Shown here piece by piece: positions 20,184 to 29,700 of a stretch of DNA of 64,000 bases (positions within the stretch are counted from its first letter, which is position 1; each line of letters begins with the position of its first letter). The stretch comes from Candidatus Calditenuaceae archaeon HR02 (lineage in GTDB: Archaea > Thermoproteota > Nitrososphaeria_A > Caldarchaeales > Calditenuaceae): assembly GCA_002898395.1 (NCBI GenBank), contig BEHE01000011.1, positions 1 to 64,000 of the forward strand, given 5' to 3'. A program made the translations under genes and the position numbers. The notes below the pieces were generated by a model. That model made no database searches. It was not told the origin of the DNA and was given only the letters and a program-made list of their open reading frames with translations.

Positions 20184-21451
20184 GCTCGCACCTCCTCGAG
20201 AGGGCCAGGAAGGTGTTGGTCGGGGGGGTGAACAGTCCAGTCAGGTCCTTCAGATCGGTCAGAACGGATCCGATATTCCTCACCAAGGCTGAGGGCCCAT
20301 TCGTCTACGATGCATTAGGGAGGAGATACATTGACCTGATATGCGGGTGGGGCTCGATAATACTAGGACATGCGAAGAGTGAAATCGTTGAGGCCGCAAT
20401 CGAGAGGGTAAGGAACGGGCACGCCCTGGGCCTGACATCGGAGCTGGAGGTCGAGCTGGCGGAGGAGGTCGCGAGATCCTTCAGATCCGTAGAGCTCATG
20501 AGGTTCGCGAACTCAGGGACGGAGTGTGTCATGACTGCCGTGAGGCTCGCGAGGGCCTACACCGGAAGGAAGAGGGTGTTGGTCTTCGAGGGGTCCTATC
20601 ACGGTCACTCTGATTTCCTGCTCACAAAGGAGGCTAGGGATCCTGAATCGATGCTGGGGAAGCCTTCTTCCGCAGGCGTCCTTCCAGAGTTCCTCGACAA
20701 CACGATCGTTGCGAGGTTCAATGACATCGAATCGGTTAGAAGATGTCTGAGGAGATACAGGGGGGAGGTGGCCGCAATACTCCTCGAGCCGGTGCCGGCG
20801 AACATGGGGGTTGTTCCTCCGATAGACGGGTTCCTGGAGGAGCTCAGGGACGAGGCGGATAGGGAGGATTGTCTCCTCGTCTTCGATGAGGTCGTGACGG
20901 GTTTCAGGATTGCTCGGGGAGGGGCACAGGAGAGGTACGGCGTAGAGGCAGACCTGACATGTCTCGGAAAGGTTCTCGGCGGAGGTCTTCCAATAGGATG
21001 CGTCGGTGGGAGGAGCGAGGTAATGAAATTACTAGCTCCCGAGGGGCCTGTATACCACGCCGGGACCTTTGCTGGAAACCCACTAGTGATGGTGGTGGGT
21101 CTCCAGACCTTAAGGTGCCTAGGCGAACGGGCCTACGAGACCCTCGAGCACGTGAGCGACAGGGTCTGCAACGCGCTCCTGAGATTGGCCGAGAAGATCG
21201 ACAGCAGGGTCGTACTCCAGAGAGTAGGGTCGATGTTCACTGTCTTCTTCACAAAGAATGGAGCGGTGAGGGACTACAGGGGAGCGAAGTCCTCAGACCT
21301 CAGGGCCTTCACATCATTCTTTTCGAAAGCCTTAGGTGTAGGGATCCTAATGCCTCCGTCTCAATTCGAGGCCCTTTTCGTTACAGTTGCGCACTCTGAA
21401 GTCATCTCCGACATGGAGCGAATAGTCGAGGGGGTCGATCAACTTGAATGA
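20180..21451 (+). CDS. hemL: Glutamate-1-semialdehyde 2,1-aminomutase
   Basis: GGVNSPVR, NSGTE, YHGH, FDEVVTGFR, GKVLGGG; start moved to the ATG overlapping the hemB stop (ATGA). Confidence 0.95.
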   Translation: MSSHLLERARKVLVGGVNSPVRSFRSVRTDPIFLTKAEGPFVYDALGRRYIDLICGWGSIILGHAKSEIVEAAIERVRNGHALGLTSELEVELAEEVARSFRSVELMRFANSGTECVMTAVRLARAYTGRKRVLVFEGSYHGHSDFLLTKEARDPESMLGKPSSAGVLPEFLDNTIVARFNDIESVRRCLRRYRGEVAAILLEPVPANMGVVPPIDGFLEELRDEADREDCLLVFDEVVTGFRIARGGAQERYGVEADLTCLGKVLGGGLPIGCVGGRSEVMKLLAPEGPVYHAGTFAGNPLVMVVGLQTLRCLGERAYETLEHVSDRVCNALLRLAEKIDSRVVLQRVGSMFTVFFTKNGAVRDYRGAKSSDLRAFTSFFSKALGVGILMPPSQFEALFVTVAHSEVISDMERIVEGVDQLE

Positions 21452-22457
21452 CATCCTCTTGAGGGCCTGCAGGTTGGAGGACGTTGAGAGGAGGCCAATC
21501 TGGTTCATGCGTCAAGCTGGCAGGTACCTGCCGCAGTACGAGGAGATAAGGCGGGGAAGGAACTTGGAGGAGCTCTTCATGGACGTTGAGTCCTCAGCCG
21601 AGCTTACGGCCATCCCTGTCTGGGAGCTGGGTGTCGACGCGGCCATCGTCTTCGCGGACCTCCTCACACCTCTCACGGGCTCAGGCATCAGGGTCGTCTA
21701 CTACGCCTCAGGCCCCTACGTACCTGAGGCCAAAGACGTCGGCGAGCTTGTCAGGAGGCTGAGGAGGTTCGAGCCCAACTCGGTACATTACGTCTACGAG
21801 ACGATTTCGCTGTCGAGGAGATATCTTTCGGACTCGGTTCCCGTTATAGGCTTCGCCGGCGCACCCTACACGCTTGCCGTTTACCTGGTTGGCGGAATGG
21901 AGAAGGACGCAGGGAGGGTGAGGGCTCTGATGAGAATGGGCGATGTGTGGGGCGATTTAATGGACTCGATATCCGAGATGACCAGACTATACGTCGAGAA
22001 CCAGGTAGAGTCAGGGGCCCGAGCCATAGCCCTCTTCGACACGCTCTCTTTCACCCTGAACGCAGAACAGTTCGAAAGACACGTTGTTCGAGAGACGCGA
22101 AATCTCGTCTCCGCGATAAGGAGGTTGGGCGTGCCCGTTATCTACTGTGTCAGAAACCCCTTACACCTCCTCGGGTCAATAGGACCGTTGGGTGTCAACG
22201 TTGTCGCGGTAGACTGGACAGTAGACATAGCAGCAGCGTGGAGGGAGGTCGGATACTCCATAGCTATTCAGGGGAACCTAGACCCGTCCGTACTCCTTTC
22301 AGACAAGAGGAGCATAATCGAGGAGACTGCTAAGATACTGGTTTCGACGAGCAGTAGGAGAGGACACATATTCAGCCTAGGTCACGGAGTCCATCGTGAG
22401 ACTCCCATCAGCGCCCTGAAGTTCTTGGTCGATTTCGTGAAGAGGTGGGGGGCATGA
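21444..22457 (+). CDS. hemE: Uroporphyrinogen decarboxylase
   Basis: PIWFMRQAGRYLPQY, GFAGAPYT, QGNLDP, SLGHGV. Confidence 0.93.
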   Translation: MNDILLRACRLEDVERRPIWFMRQAGRYLPQYEEIRRGRNLEELFMDVESSAELTAIPVWELGVDAAIVFADLLTPLTGSGIRVVYYASGPYVPEAKDVGELVRRLRRFEPNSVHYVYETISLSRRYLSDSVPVIGFAGAPYTLAVYLVGGMEKDAGRVRALMRMGDVWGDLMDSISEMTRLYVENQVESGARAIALFDTLSFTLNAEQFERHVVRETRNLVSAIRRLGVPVIYCVRNPLHLLGSIGPLGVNVVAVDWTVDIAAAWREVGYSIAIQGNLDPSVLLSDKRSIIEETAKILVSTSSRRGHIFSLGHGVHRETPISALKFLVDFVKRWGA

Positions 22458-22936
22458 TACCTGATCCGTTTACGGCGCTGATAATTCTGAAAGTCGTACA
22501 CGTCATATCAGCTGCCCTCTGGATAGGATCCATCGTCTCGCTATCGCTGGCCGTGAGGTTCTTGAGGAACATATTGGGGAGTAACTCCGTCAAGGTCTCA
22601 GCGGAGCTTGGGCGAAGGCTGAGACCGCTCACCAGGGCATCTCTTTACTCGACCCTCGCATCGGGGCTCCTCCTCGCCACCCAGAGGGGTTTCCTCACGG
22701 ATCTCTCCGCATTGCTCCAGCAGGGTTCCGCAACTATCGCTTTGGCGAAAGCCCTCTTAGGATTGACGTTGCTTCTAATGGTGAACTACCATTCGGCCCT
22801 GGGCGAGAAGGTGGCGAGGGCCTTGGGACCTGAAAGCGCTACGGCCACCAGGAGGAGGCTGATTTACGTAGGGTGGTCGACTGTAGGGGTCTCAGTAGCG
22901 CTAGCGGTTCTAGGGACCATGCTTAGGTTTAGGTGA
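22454..22936 (+). CDS. Four-TM CopD/HemJ-like membrane protein
   Basis: LKVVHVISAALWIG first helix; overlaps both neighbours by 4 nt. Confidence 0.6.
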   Translation: MIPDPFTALIILKVVHVISAALWIGSIVSLSLAVRFLRNILGSNSVKVSAELGRRLRPLTRASLYSTLASGLLLATQRGFLTDLSALLQQGSATIALAKALLGLTLLLMVNYHSALGEKVARALGPESATATRRRLIYVGWSTVGVSVALAVLGTMLRFR

Positions 22937-24120
22937 GGGGGTTGGGATCCGATTCGGAGCTCCTCTCGACCCCTAGAACGCCTCTCCTGAACGAAAGGGT
23001 CCGAGGATGGCTCGAGAGGTTCAGGAGCTCACCGCTTCTGGTCTTCTGGGAGACGACGAAGGCGTGCCCCCTTTCATGCAGGCACTGCAGGGCAATGGCC
23101 ATCCCCAAACCACTTCCAGGAGAATTGACGACGGAAGAGGGTTACAAGTTGATTGAGGATGTCGCGTCTTTCGGCGATCCGAAGCCGCTGCTCGTGCTGA
23201 CGGGGGGCGACCCCCTCCAGAGACCGGACCTCTTTGAGCTGATCTCTAAGGCCAATGAGCTGGGCGTACCAACGGCTATCTCGCCAGCCGTCTCGCAAAA
23301 CCTTACACCGGATGTCATGATGCGGCTCAAGAAATTAGATATCAGGATGATCTCCGTCAGTCTGGACGGTGCTGGATCGTGGACGCACGATCACATGAGG
23401 CAGGTAGCGGGGTCCTTCGAGGCCACCGTAAAGGCGATCCGCGAAGCCCTGAGCGTTGGACTTCGGGTCCAGGTCAACACTGTCGTCTGGAGGAAGAACC
23501 TTCTGGAGCTCCCTAAGATAGCCGCGTTGTTGAAGGGGCTTGGCGTGACAGTATGGGAGGTCTTCTTCCTGATAGTAACAGGGAGAGCTGTCGCAGACTT
23601 GGACATAAGTCCCTGGGAGTACGAGGTAGTCATGAGATTCCTCCTAGAGGTCTCGAGGAGGGGGCTTCAGGTCAGGACCATTGAGGCTCCGTTCTTCAGG
23701 AGGGTAAAGGACGGCGTTTGGGCTCCACCAAACGGAGAAGCCCAGAATCTCTACGGAGAGCTCGTCAGGGATCTTGACGAGCTCATGGGGCCGCCTACCG
23801 GCGATCCCGACAGATCCTTCATCCCGACCAGGGACGGGAACGGTGTGATATTCGTGGCCTACAACGGTGACGTCTACCCATCAGGATTCCTACCCATCAC
23901 GCTGGGGAACGTGAGGCGGAGGTCACTGGTGGAGATCTACACCGAGAACCCTTTGCTGATTGCGATGAGGAACGGCGAGTTCAAGGGAAGGTGCGGCGTC
24001 TGCGAATACAGGCTGATCTGTGGTGGATCTAGGGCGAGGGCGTTCGCTGCGACCGGCGACCCCCTAGAGACAGATCCGGCATGCCCCTACATTCCCGGAA
24101 GAAGGGGAGGCATTAGCTGA
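22933..24120 (+). CDS. Radical SAM/SPASM protein, AhbD/NirJ-like
   Basis: WETTKACPLSCRHCRA, TGGDP, SPASM CGVCEYRLICGGSRARA..DPAC. Confidence 0.8.
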   Translation: MRGLGSDSELLSTPRTPLLNERVRGWLERFRSSPLLVFWETTKACPLSCRHCRAMAIPKPLPGELTTEEGYKLIEDVASFGDPKPLLVLTGGDPLQRPDLFELISKANELGVPTAISPAVSQNLTPDVMMRLKKLDIRMISVSLDGAGSWTHDHMRQVAGSFEATVKAIREALSVGLRVQVNTVVWRKNLLELPKIAALLKGLGVTVWEVFFLIVTGRAVADLDISPWEYEVVMRFLLEVSRRGLQVRTIEAPFFRRVKDGVWAPPNGEAQNLYGELVRDLDELMGPPTGDPDRSFIPTRDGNGVIFVAYNGDVYPSGFLPITLGNVRRRSLVEIYTENPLLIAMRNGEFKGRCGVCEYRLICGGSRARAFAATGDPLETDPACPYIPGRRGGIS

Positions 24121-24464
24121 AGCAGACCTAGAGGAAAAAGAAAAGAATTCTGTGAAGTAGGTGACGACGGGCTTGACCTTCCCATTCCGAGGCCGATGGC
24201 CTACAGGGTCGAAGGAGTTGAGGCGGGCTAATAGACTCCCTTGCGAGCGAGCTGTCCGAGGCCCTTCGCAGGCCCGGCAGATACGTGTAAATGCCATGGT
24301 CGCTATCCTAGCCTACTCAAGCTCTTCAGGAAGGTAAGATGGTGCCGAGACGTCGCGTTATACTGGTTACGGGCTATGACCCCGCGGGATAAGAGTCGGG
24401 AAGTTTCGCGAAGAGGGTTAGGAGGAGAGGAAAAAATAAATACCTTAAAAGTGTCTTCCAAACC

Positions 24465-25592
24465 ATGTCTCAGACAAGGGCCTATTATGTTGTGCTCGCA
24501 GCGTTTCTAATAGCCATACTGGTTTTGGGACTCATTATGGAAGATGCTGAAGCCTTTAGGATATCCCGCAGAACAAGAACCAGAACAATAACGAGAACAA
24601 CCACTTCAACGTCTACAACATCATCAACAACCACTTCACAGTACTCTGACACTTTTCCTGCGGTGAATCCGCTCATTCTCGGAACCTGCCCCCCAGAGGT
24701 TCATGACAGATACTATGTGATAGGGCCCGATGGACGCAAGTATAGGACATGGCATCCCGTAACCGTGCCTATAGACCCCAAAGACCCATCTAAGGGGACA
24801 TGCACTTTTGCACACGAACACGGTGATAATCCTCGGCAGGGCCAGTTCAGAGACTTGCCACCCTTCGGGTATGCTGCGAAGGTTGCGGGAATGGTTGAGG
24901 AGATAGCTGCCCACGCGGGTTTCAAGGTCTTCTACAAACGTATGTCTGGGAACGGGCTGGGGAACTACGCCGAGTGGCGTATCGTGGTTCATCAGGGAAC
25001 AGCTGGAGCTAGAAGGCTTGTCCAGTCATTTCACAGTATCCAGATTGACGTGGTGGACTCGGCTGGAAGAGTGACCAAGGTTAGTTTGATGGCCCCGACT
25101 GGAGAGCTAAACCCCAAGTGCGGCCCACGTGTAGGCGATAGAATTATTCCCGATGAAGAGTGTGTGAGGAGAGGGTTGTTCTACGAGGTGTGGTACTTTA
25201 CTGTACGTGTGGGAGAGGGCACGGTCAACGGGGCCAAGTTCTTCGCAGCCCCAGGCATAGCTGTCTACAACCCGATGACTTACATGAAGATAGGAGATTT
25301 GTCTAAAGTTTACCCGATATGCAGTGTAGTTGAGGGCCTACCCTTCGGCGACCCGCGGAGCTTCTTCCTCGGCAACATGAGGGCTGTCGAGCATCCCGAC
25401 TTCGGGTGGGGCAACCCAGGGTCCGCTGAATTCTGGACAGATGCATTTGGCAGAGAAACTACGGGTAGCTGCGACCATACAAGATGTATAAGACAGAGGG
25501 TTCCCACCGGGTATTATGCATGGTTTGACGACGACTCTGTCTTCGACTGGCCATGGATAGATCTTCCGCTGGGCGCGCCGGGCGGAAACTAG
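24465..25592 (+). CDS. Secreted protein with Thr/Ser linker and His/Cys-rich domain (HEHG motif)
   Basis: Signal-like N-terminus, TTTSTSTTSS, then CPPEVHDRY..GPDGRKYRTWHP..CTFAHEHGD. Confidence 0.75.
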   Translation: MSQTRAYYVVLAAFLIAILVLGLIMEDAEAFRISRRTRTRTITRTTTSTSTTSSTTTSQYSDTFPAVNPLILGTCPPEVHDRYYVIGPDGRKYRTWHPVTVPIDPKDPSKGTCTFAHEHGDNPRQGQFRDLPPFGYAAKVAGMVEEIAAHAGFKVFYKRMSGNGLGNYAEWRIVVHQGTAGARRLVQSFHSIQIDVVDSAGRVTKVSLMAPTGELNPKCGPRVGDRIIPDEECVRRGLFYEVWYFTVRVGEGTVNGAKFFAAPGIAVYNPMTYMKIGDLSKVYPICSVVEGLPFGDPRSFFLGNMRAVEHPDFGWGNPGSAEFWTDAFGRETTGSCDHTRCIRQRVPTGYYAWFDDDSVFDWPWIDLPLGAPGGN

Positions 25593-25704
25593 CGAGCAGC
25601 CGCTGAACAACAAAAGCTATTCTGTCGGTGAAGCACTGGCCTGTCTAAGGAAAAATCGTAAAGTGAATTGTGGCGATAGTCTTTTATAAACGTCTGTAAA
25701 CTAC

Positions 25705-26275
25705 ATGGGCTAAAGAAATACAGTTACCGCCTCTCCCATATGCGTACAACGCTCTTGAGCCCGTGATATCTGCTGAAAATCATGAACCTTCACCACATCA
25801 AGCATCATTAAGCATATGACAACGGCGCAGATGCAGCACTCGAGCGGCTTGAGAAAAATCGTAAAGACGAGAACCCAGAGAACATATGAGACATTCTACG
25901 AGACCCCAGCGAACACAAGCTCCACTTAGTAAGGGTGGGGGACCCTGGTAGGTGCAATAGCCGACCAGATTAACAAAGACTTAGACAGCGTCGAAAACTT
26001 CAAAAAAACAGTTCAGCGATGCGGAGAATAACGTCGAGGCTGTGAGATGGGCTATTCTCACCTACGACCAAGAGTCAGAGGCACACATCACCTACCAAGT
26101 GGAAAAGTAAAACTTCATGCATCCACCAAACCTCACCATGCTGCTCACCCTCGACTTATGGGAACACACCGACTATCTCCGATACAAAAATGACCCCGCC
26201 ACGTACATAGACAAATGGTTGGAGGCAGCCAACTGGGACGACTTAGAGAAAAGGTTCTCCAAAGTGAAAGTCTAA
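25705..26275 (+). pseudogene. sod: Fe/Mn superoxide dismutase pseudogene
   Basis: Fragments in several frames: LPPLPYAYNALEPVISAE, MNLHHIKHH*AY, HKLH, DLWEH, YKND, NWDDLEKRF; many stops and frameshifts. Confidence 0.88.
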
Positions 26276-26289
26276 AACTTTTTTGCAGC

Positions 26290-26990
26290 GGGTCGTTGAC
26301 GCGAGGATTATCGTTAGTGTTGCGCTGCGAGGCCCAGCGCGGTAGCGCCATAGTATTCGAAGATAGCTGATAGGATTATCGGGGCTGTGAGTGATGTGAG
26401 GGCTGTGGCTGTGTCGTTGAGACCCATGACTTTCCTTTTTCGGCCGCATATGTCTCGCCGGAGCTGAGGGCTATCGAGCCCACGGTTGCCGCGCTCCACC
26501 CCACGCTGACAAGAAAAATCCCCCAAGTAACCATGTCGAGGCTTTTGCTGACCGCTATTATGCAGGAGCCGAGGCAGCCGACAACCACGCCGGTAGCCGT
26601 GACAGGCACTCTTCCAAAACCGTCGGCTTCCCTTCCCAATGGTATAGAGAAGACGTACATTCTTATGACGTGGAAGATGGGTGCTGGGGATGCTGGAGAA
26701 GACCTCCCTAAGGTAGGGTGGGAGCTCTACAGGGATGTGTAACTCTCATCCGAGTCTAGGACGGCGATCGAGATTGGGGACAGGAGCAAGAGAACGGCAT
26801 CACCTAATTGGCCAAGGGTCTTCGACTGTAGCGATAGCTATAGACACACTGGGCTCGGCCAGGCCCTCCATGAGGCTTTGGCTAGGAGGGTCTCCTGCAT
26901 AGGGGGCGTGACCTGATAGCGATCCTGCACAGCCTGATGGGAGCCGGAGGATAATCATCCCCATAGAGGTCCGCGAACTTGTTAATCAGC
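26290..26990 (-). pseudogene. MFS transporter remnant
   Basis: Fragments HVIRMYVFSIPLGREADGFGRVPV (motif-A-like) and KVMGLND followed by TM segments; boundaries approximate. Confidence 0.5.
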
Positions 26991-27290
26991 TCAGGGCCTT
27001 CCATAGGTTTGAGACCCAGACAGGCGGCGTGAATTATAAGGCCCCGCGAGGGCAGCATGACGACTATGTCACGGGCTTTGCCCGAGCTGTCGGAGCGGCT
27101 GTAAAAGGGGCTGGCACCTAGTGCGTTGATTTAGAGGATCTGGGATTGGCCAACAGGTTCACGCAGCCTCCTCTAGAACGTCCGCAACCTTTACGGAGAG
27201 CATGCCCTAGTATGATCAGGACCCCTCCACAGGAAGTCCAAGAGCCAAAACAGATATAATGTTTGGGGCTTGAGGCCGGCCCTAGGGGTA

Positions 27291-27692
27291 TTGCCTGCGA
27301 GGAGGAGAGTTAGGTTAGAGGTTGTGGGCGACGATGGAGACAGGCTGACGGTCATACTTGAGGGAAGGGTTACGAGGGAGAAGATCATGCAGCTCGCAGA
27401 CCTCGTAGATCTCTATGGCGGAGGCTCCTCCCCCCAGCAGCCGGTGGAAAATAAGCTGACTAGGCTTGCGAGGATGATTGAGAAGAGATTTCCTTATGCC
27501 GAGTTCACCTCGAGGGATGTGGTTGAGGCATATGAGGCGGAGTATGGCGAGAAGCTGACCCTGAGCACAGCCTCCACCTACCTCTCGAGGCTGGCTGAGA
27601 GGGGGTTCCTCGAGAGGGCCGGCGGCATGCTGAATAATATCAGGTACCGGCTCCTGAGGGGCAAGGTCGAGGAGGTTGAGGGCGACCAGTAG
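27291..27692 (+). CDS. Archaeal protein with C-terminal winged-helix domain
   Basis: FTSRDVVEAYEAEYGEKLTLSTASTYLSRLAERGFLER wHTH pattern; TTG start chosen. Confidence 0.8.
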   Translation: MPARRRVRLEVVGDDGDRLTVILEGRVTREKIMQLADLVDLYGGGSSPQQPVENKLTRLARMIEKRFPYAEFTSRDVVEAYEAEYGEKLTLSTASTYLSRLAERGFLERAGGMLNNIRYRLLRGKVEEVEGDQ

Positions 27693-28077
27693 CTCTTCCA
27701 GCCATCCTCTCCAATATCTCAAGTGCATCCTCCATCTCTCCGCTTTCCAGGGCCTGACTGAGCTCAAGGAGCCAGGCGAAGCGTCTCTCGCCTAAGAGGC
27801 CCAAGTATCCTAGGAGTAGGAAGGTGTGGATAGATTGGGAGATGTTACGCAGGGCGTGTCGGAGTATTTTGGCGTAGGTTCCACGCGAGACGCCCAGGAG
27901 CCGGGCCTTCTCCTCAAAGGTCCTTCTCATCCCTGTCGCATAGTCCTCGGCCTCCAGCCTGAGCGCCTCAAACTGCCTCCTCGTCAGGGATGAGCCGCTA
28001 AGGAGGGCCCTGAGAACCGGGTCTTCCCCGGGAATAGAGCCCCTCTCCTCCAAGAGGAGCTCGAGCGGATAAGTCAA
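27640..28077 (-). CDS. HTH (sigma70-region-4/Tfx-like) protein downstream of parA
   Basis: SLTRRQFEAL..FEEKARLLGVSRGTYAKILRHA; 3' end overlaps the convergent gene. Confidence 0.7.
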   Translation of the reverse strand: MTYPLELLLEERGSIPGEDPVLRALLSGSSLTRRQFEALRLEAEDYATGMRRTFEEKARLLGVSRGTYAKILRHALRNISQSIHTFLLLGYLGLLGERRFAWLLELSQALESGEMEDALEILERMAGRATGRPQPPRPCPSGAGT

Positions 28078-28122
28078 GCATCGCCCACCTCCCTGCTAGC
28101 CATTTTTGTCAACACTCTCTGA

Positions 28123-28962
28123 TTAGTGCTCGCCACCATCCAGGCCCACCCCACTCTCGAGGGACTCTCCACGTATTACCTCGCCCCTAAGCCTTGAGAG
28201 CACCTCCCCGGCAAGGGCCTCGTAAGCCCTCGCCGCCTCCGTGTCGGGGGCGTAGACTATTAGGGGGATCCTGTGGAAGTGCCCCTCCTCGGCCTTGACG
28301 CTCATGGGGATCTCGGTTTTGAGTAATCCCTCTCCAAGCCTGGCCCTGAGGTCGCTTCTAACCTCCCTTGTGACCCTATACCTGTTGTCAACCATTGTCA
28401 AAAAGTGGCCTAGAATCTCAACTTTCCTGCCGAGCCTCTTACTCATCAGGTGTATTATCTGGTATAGCCGCCTAAGCCCCTCTATGCTATAGAGTCGGGG
28501 CTGGACAGGGACAAGGATATGGGTCGAGGCGTATAGGGCATTAAATGTCAATACGCCGAGGCTTGGCGGAGTATCCACCAATACGACATCATATTTGGGT
28601 AGCTCCGGCTCCAAGACTGTGGCCAGGACTGCTTCTCTGCCAGGCTGACGGGCAATTCTATCCTCGGCGGCGGCTAGGGACTCGTTGCTAGGCGCGACAT
28701 ATAGACCCCGTATAAGCCCCACCTCTCTCACAACCTGTCCTAGGTCGTGGACCCCAAGGAGGGCGGCTGTAATGGTTCTAGAGGGTTCGCCGGCGTCTAT
28801 GCCGAGGGAGAGGGCGAGGTGTCCTTGGGGGTCCATGTCCACCGCCAACACCCTGAGGCCGTGCCTTAGGGCTAGAGCCGATGCGAGGTTAACGACGCTT
28901 GTCGTCTTCCCAACTCCGCCCTTCTGGTTGCTAACAGCTATCACCCACGTCACACACGTCAC
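28123..28962 (-). CDS. parA: ParA/Soj family partition ATPase
   Basis: Deviant Walker A NQKGGVGKTT, DMDPQG, DTPPSLG, AYEALAGE. Confidence 0.93.
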   Translation of the reverse strand: MTCVTWVIAVSNQKGGVGKTTSVVNLASALALRHGLRVLAVDMDPQGHLALSLGIDAGEPSRTITAALLGVHDLGQVVREVGLIRGLYVAPSNESLAAAEDRIARQPGREAVLATVLEPELPKYDVVLVDTPPSLGVLTFNALYASTHILVPVQPRLYSIEGLRRLYQIIHLMSKRLGRKVEILGHFLTMVDNRYRVTREVRSDLRARLGEGLLKTEIPMSVKAEEGHFHRIPLIVYAPDTEAARAYEALAGEVLSRLRGEVIRGESLESGVGLDGGEH

Positions 28963-28964
28963 CC

Positions 28965-29282
28965 CTATCCCCCACGCCCTACACGGGCGACAAGTTCCCT
29001 AATCCCGATTTTCACCGACATCCTAAGCACCTTCGAGTATAGCCCCCGCGGATCGCCGAGCGGCCCCTGCATCTCGGCCAGCCTCAAGACGACACTCTCT
29101 AGTAGGTCATAGTCCTCCGGGTCTATGTAGAAGTGGACCTTCCTCCGCCTCTGCCTTGCTCGGTCTGCAGGCTTATTAGTGGGCTGCACCGCCGGTGCCT
29201 CGGGTGCGAGTAGGTCCTCGATGGTTGGTAGGAGCCGGTCGAGATAGTCGGCTGGTATGCGCCTAGACGATGGGTCAGGCAT
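28965..29282 (-). CDS. Small ribbon-helix-helix-like protein (candidate centromere-binding adaptor)
   Basis: Low-complexity N-terminus, then RRRKVHFYIDPEDYDLLESVV..YSKVLRMSV (strand-helix-helix). ATG 29282 lies ~26 nt from ATATATAAAA (leaderless spacing). Stop is 2 nt from parA. Confidence 0.6.
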   Translation of the reverse strand: MPDPSSRRIPADYLDRLLPTIEDLLAPEAPAVQPTNKPADRARQRRRKVHFYIDPEDYDLLESVVLRLAEMQGPLGDPRGLYSKVLRMSVKIGIRELVARVGRGG

Positions 29283-29457
29283 GGTGAAGTCATCCACATC
29301 GCCCACGTTTTATATATTGCACATGTCACCCACGGGAAACATATCCTCTGTAATATCGGCGTATTTATTGCCGGCCTAAACTGTTCACCTATTTCACCAA
29401 AATTCTTGGCTATTGTAAACAAAAACTTAAATATAAGTCATTTTCTAAATTTCATAA

Positions 29458-29492
29458 ATAGTCTATAGTCTTATAGTCTATAACTTATAACA
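29458..29492. repeat. Five tandem ATAGTC/ATAAC hexamer units in an AT-rich region upstream of RHH-parA
   Basis: ATAGTC T ATAGTC TT ATAGTC T ATAACT T ATAACA. Confidence 0.7.
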
Positions 29493-29700
29493 TCAATCAC
29501 CGCGGTGGTATGGATACGGGGCCCGCCCGCAGGTAGGGGGGTGAGGCCGGGAAGGTGGAGGAGGGAATGTAGGCTGGAGGCGCCGTACTGGAGTAGCCGT
29601 TGGGGGGCGGAGGATCGTTGCAGAGGCTGAGAAGATGCTGGAGGAGGTGCTAGATCCCTATTCAGACTTTCTGCTGGATACTGAGCGGCTCAAACAGCGG

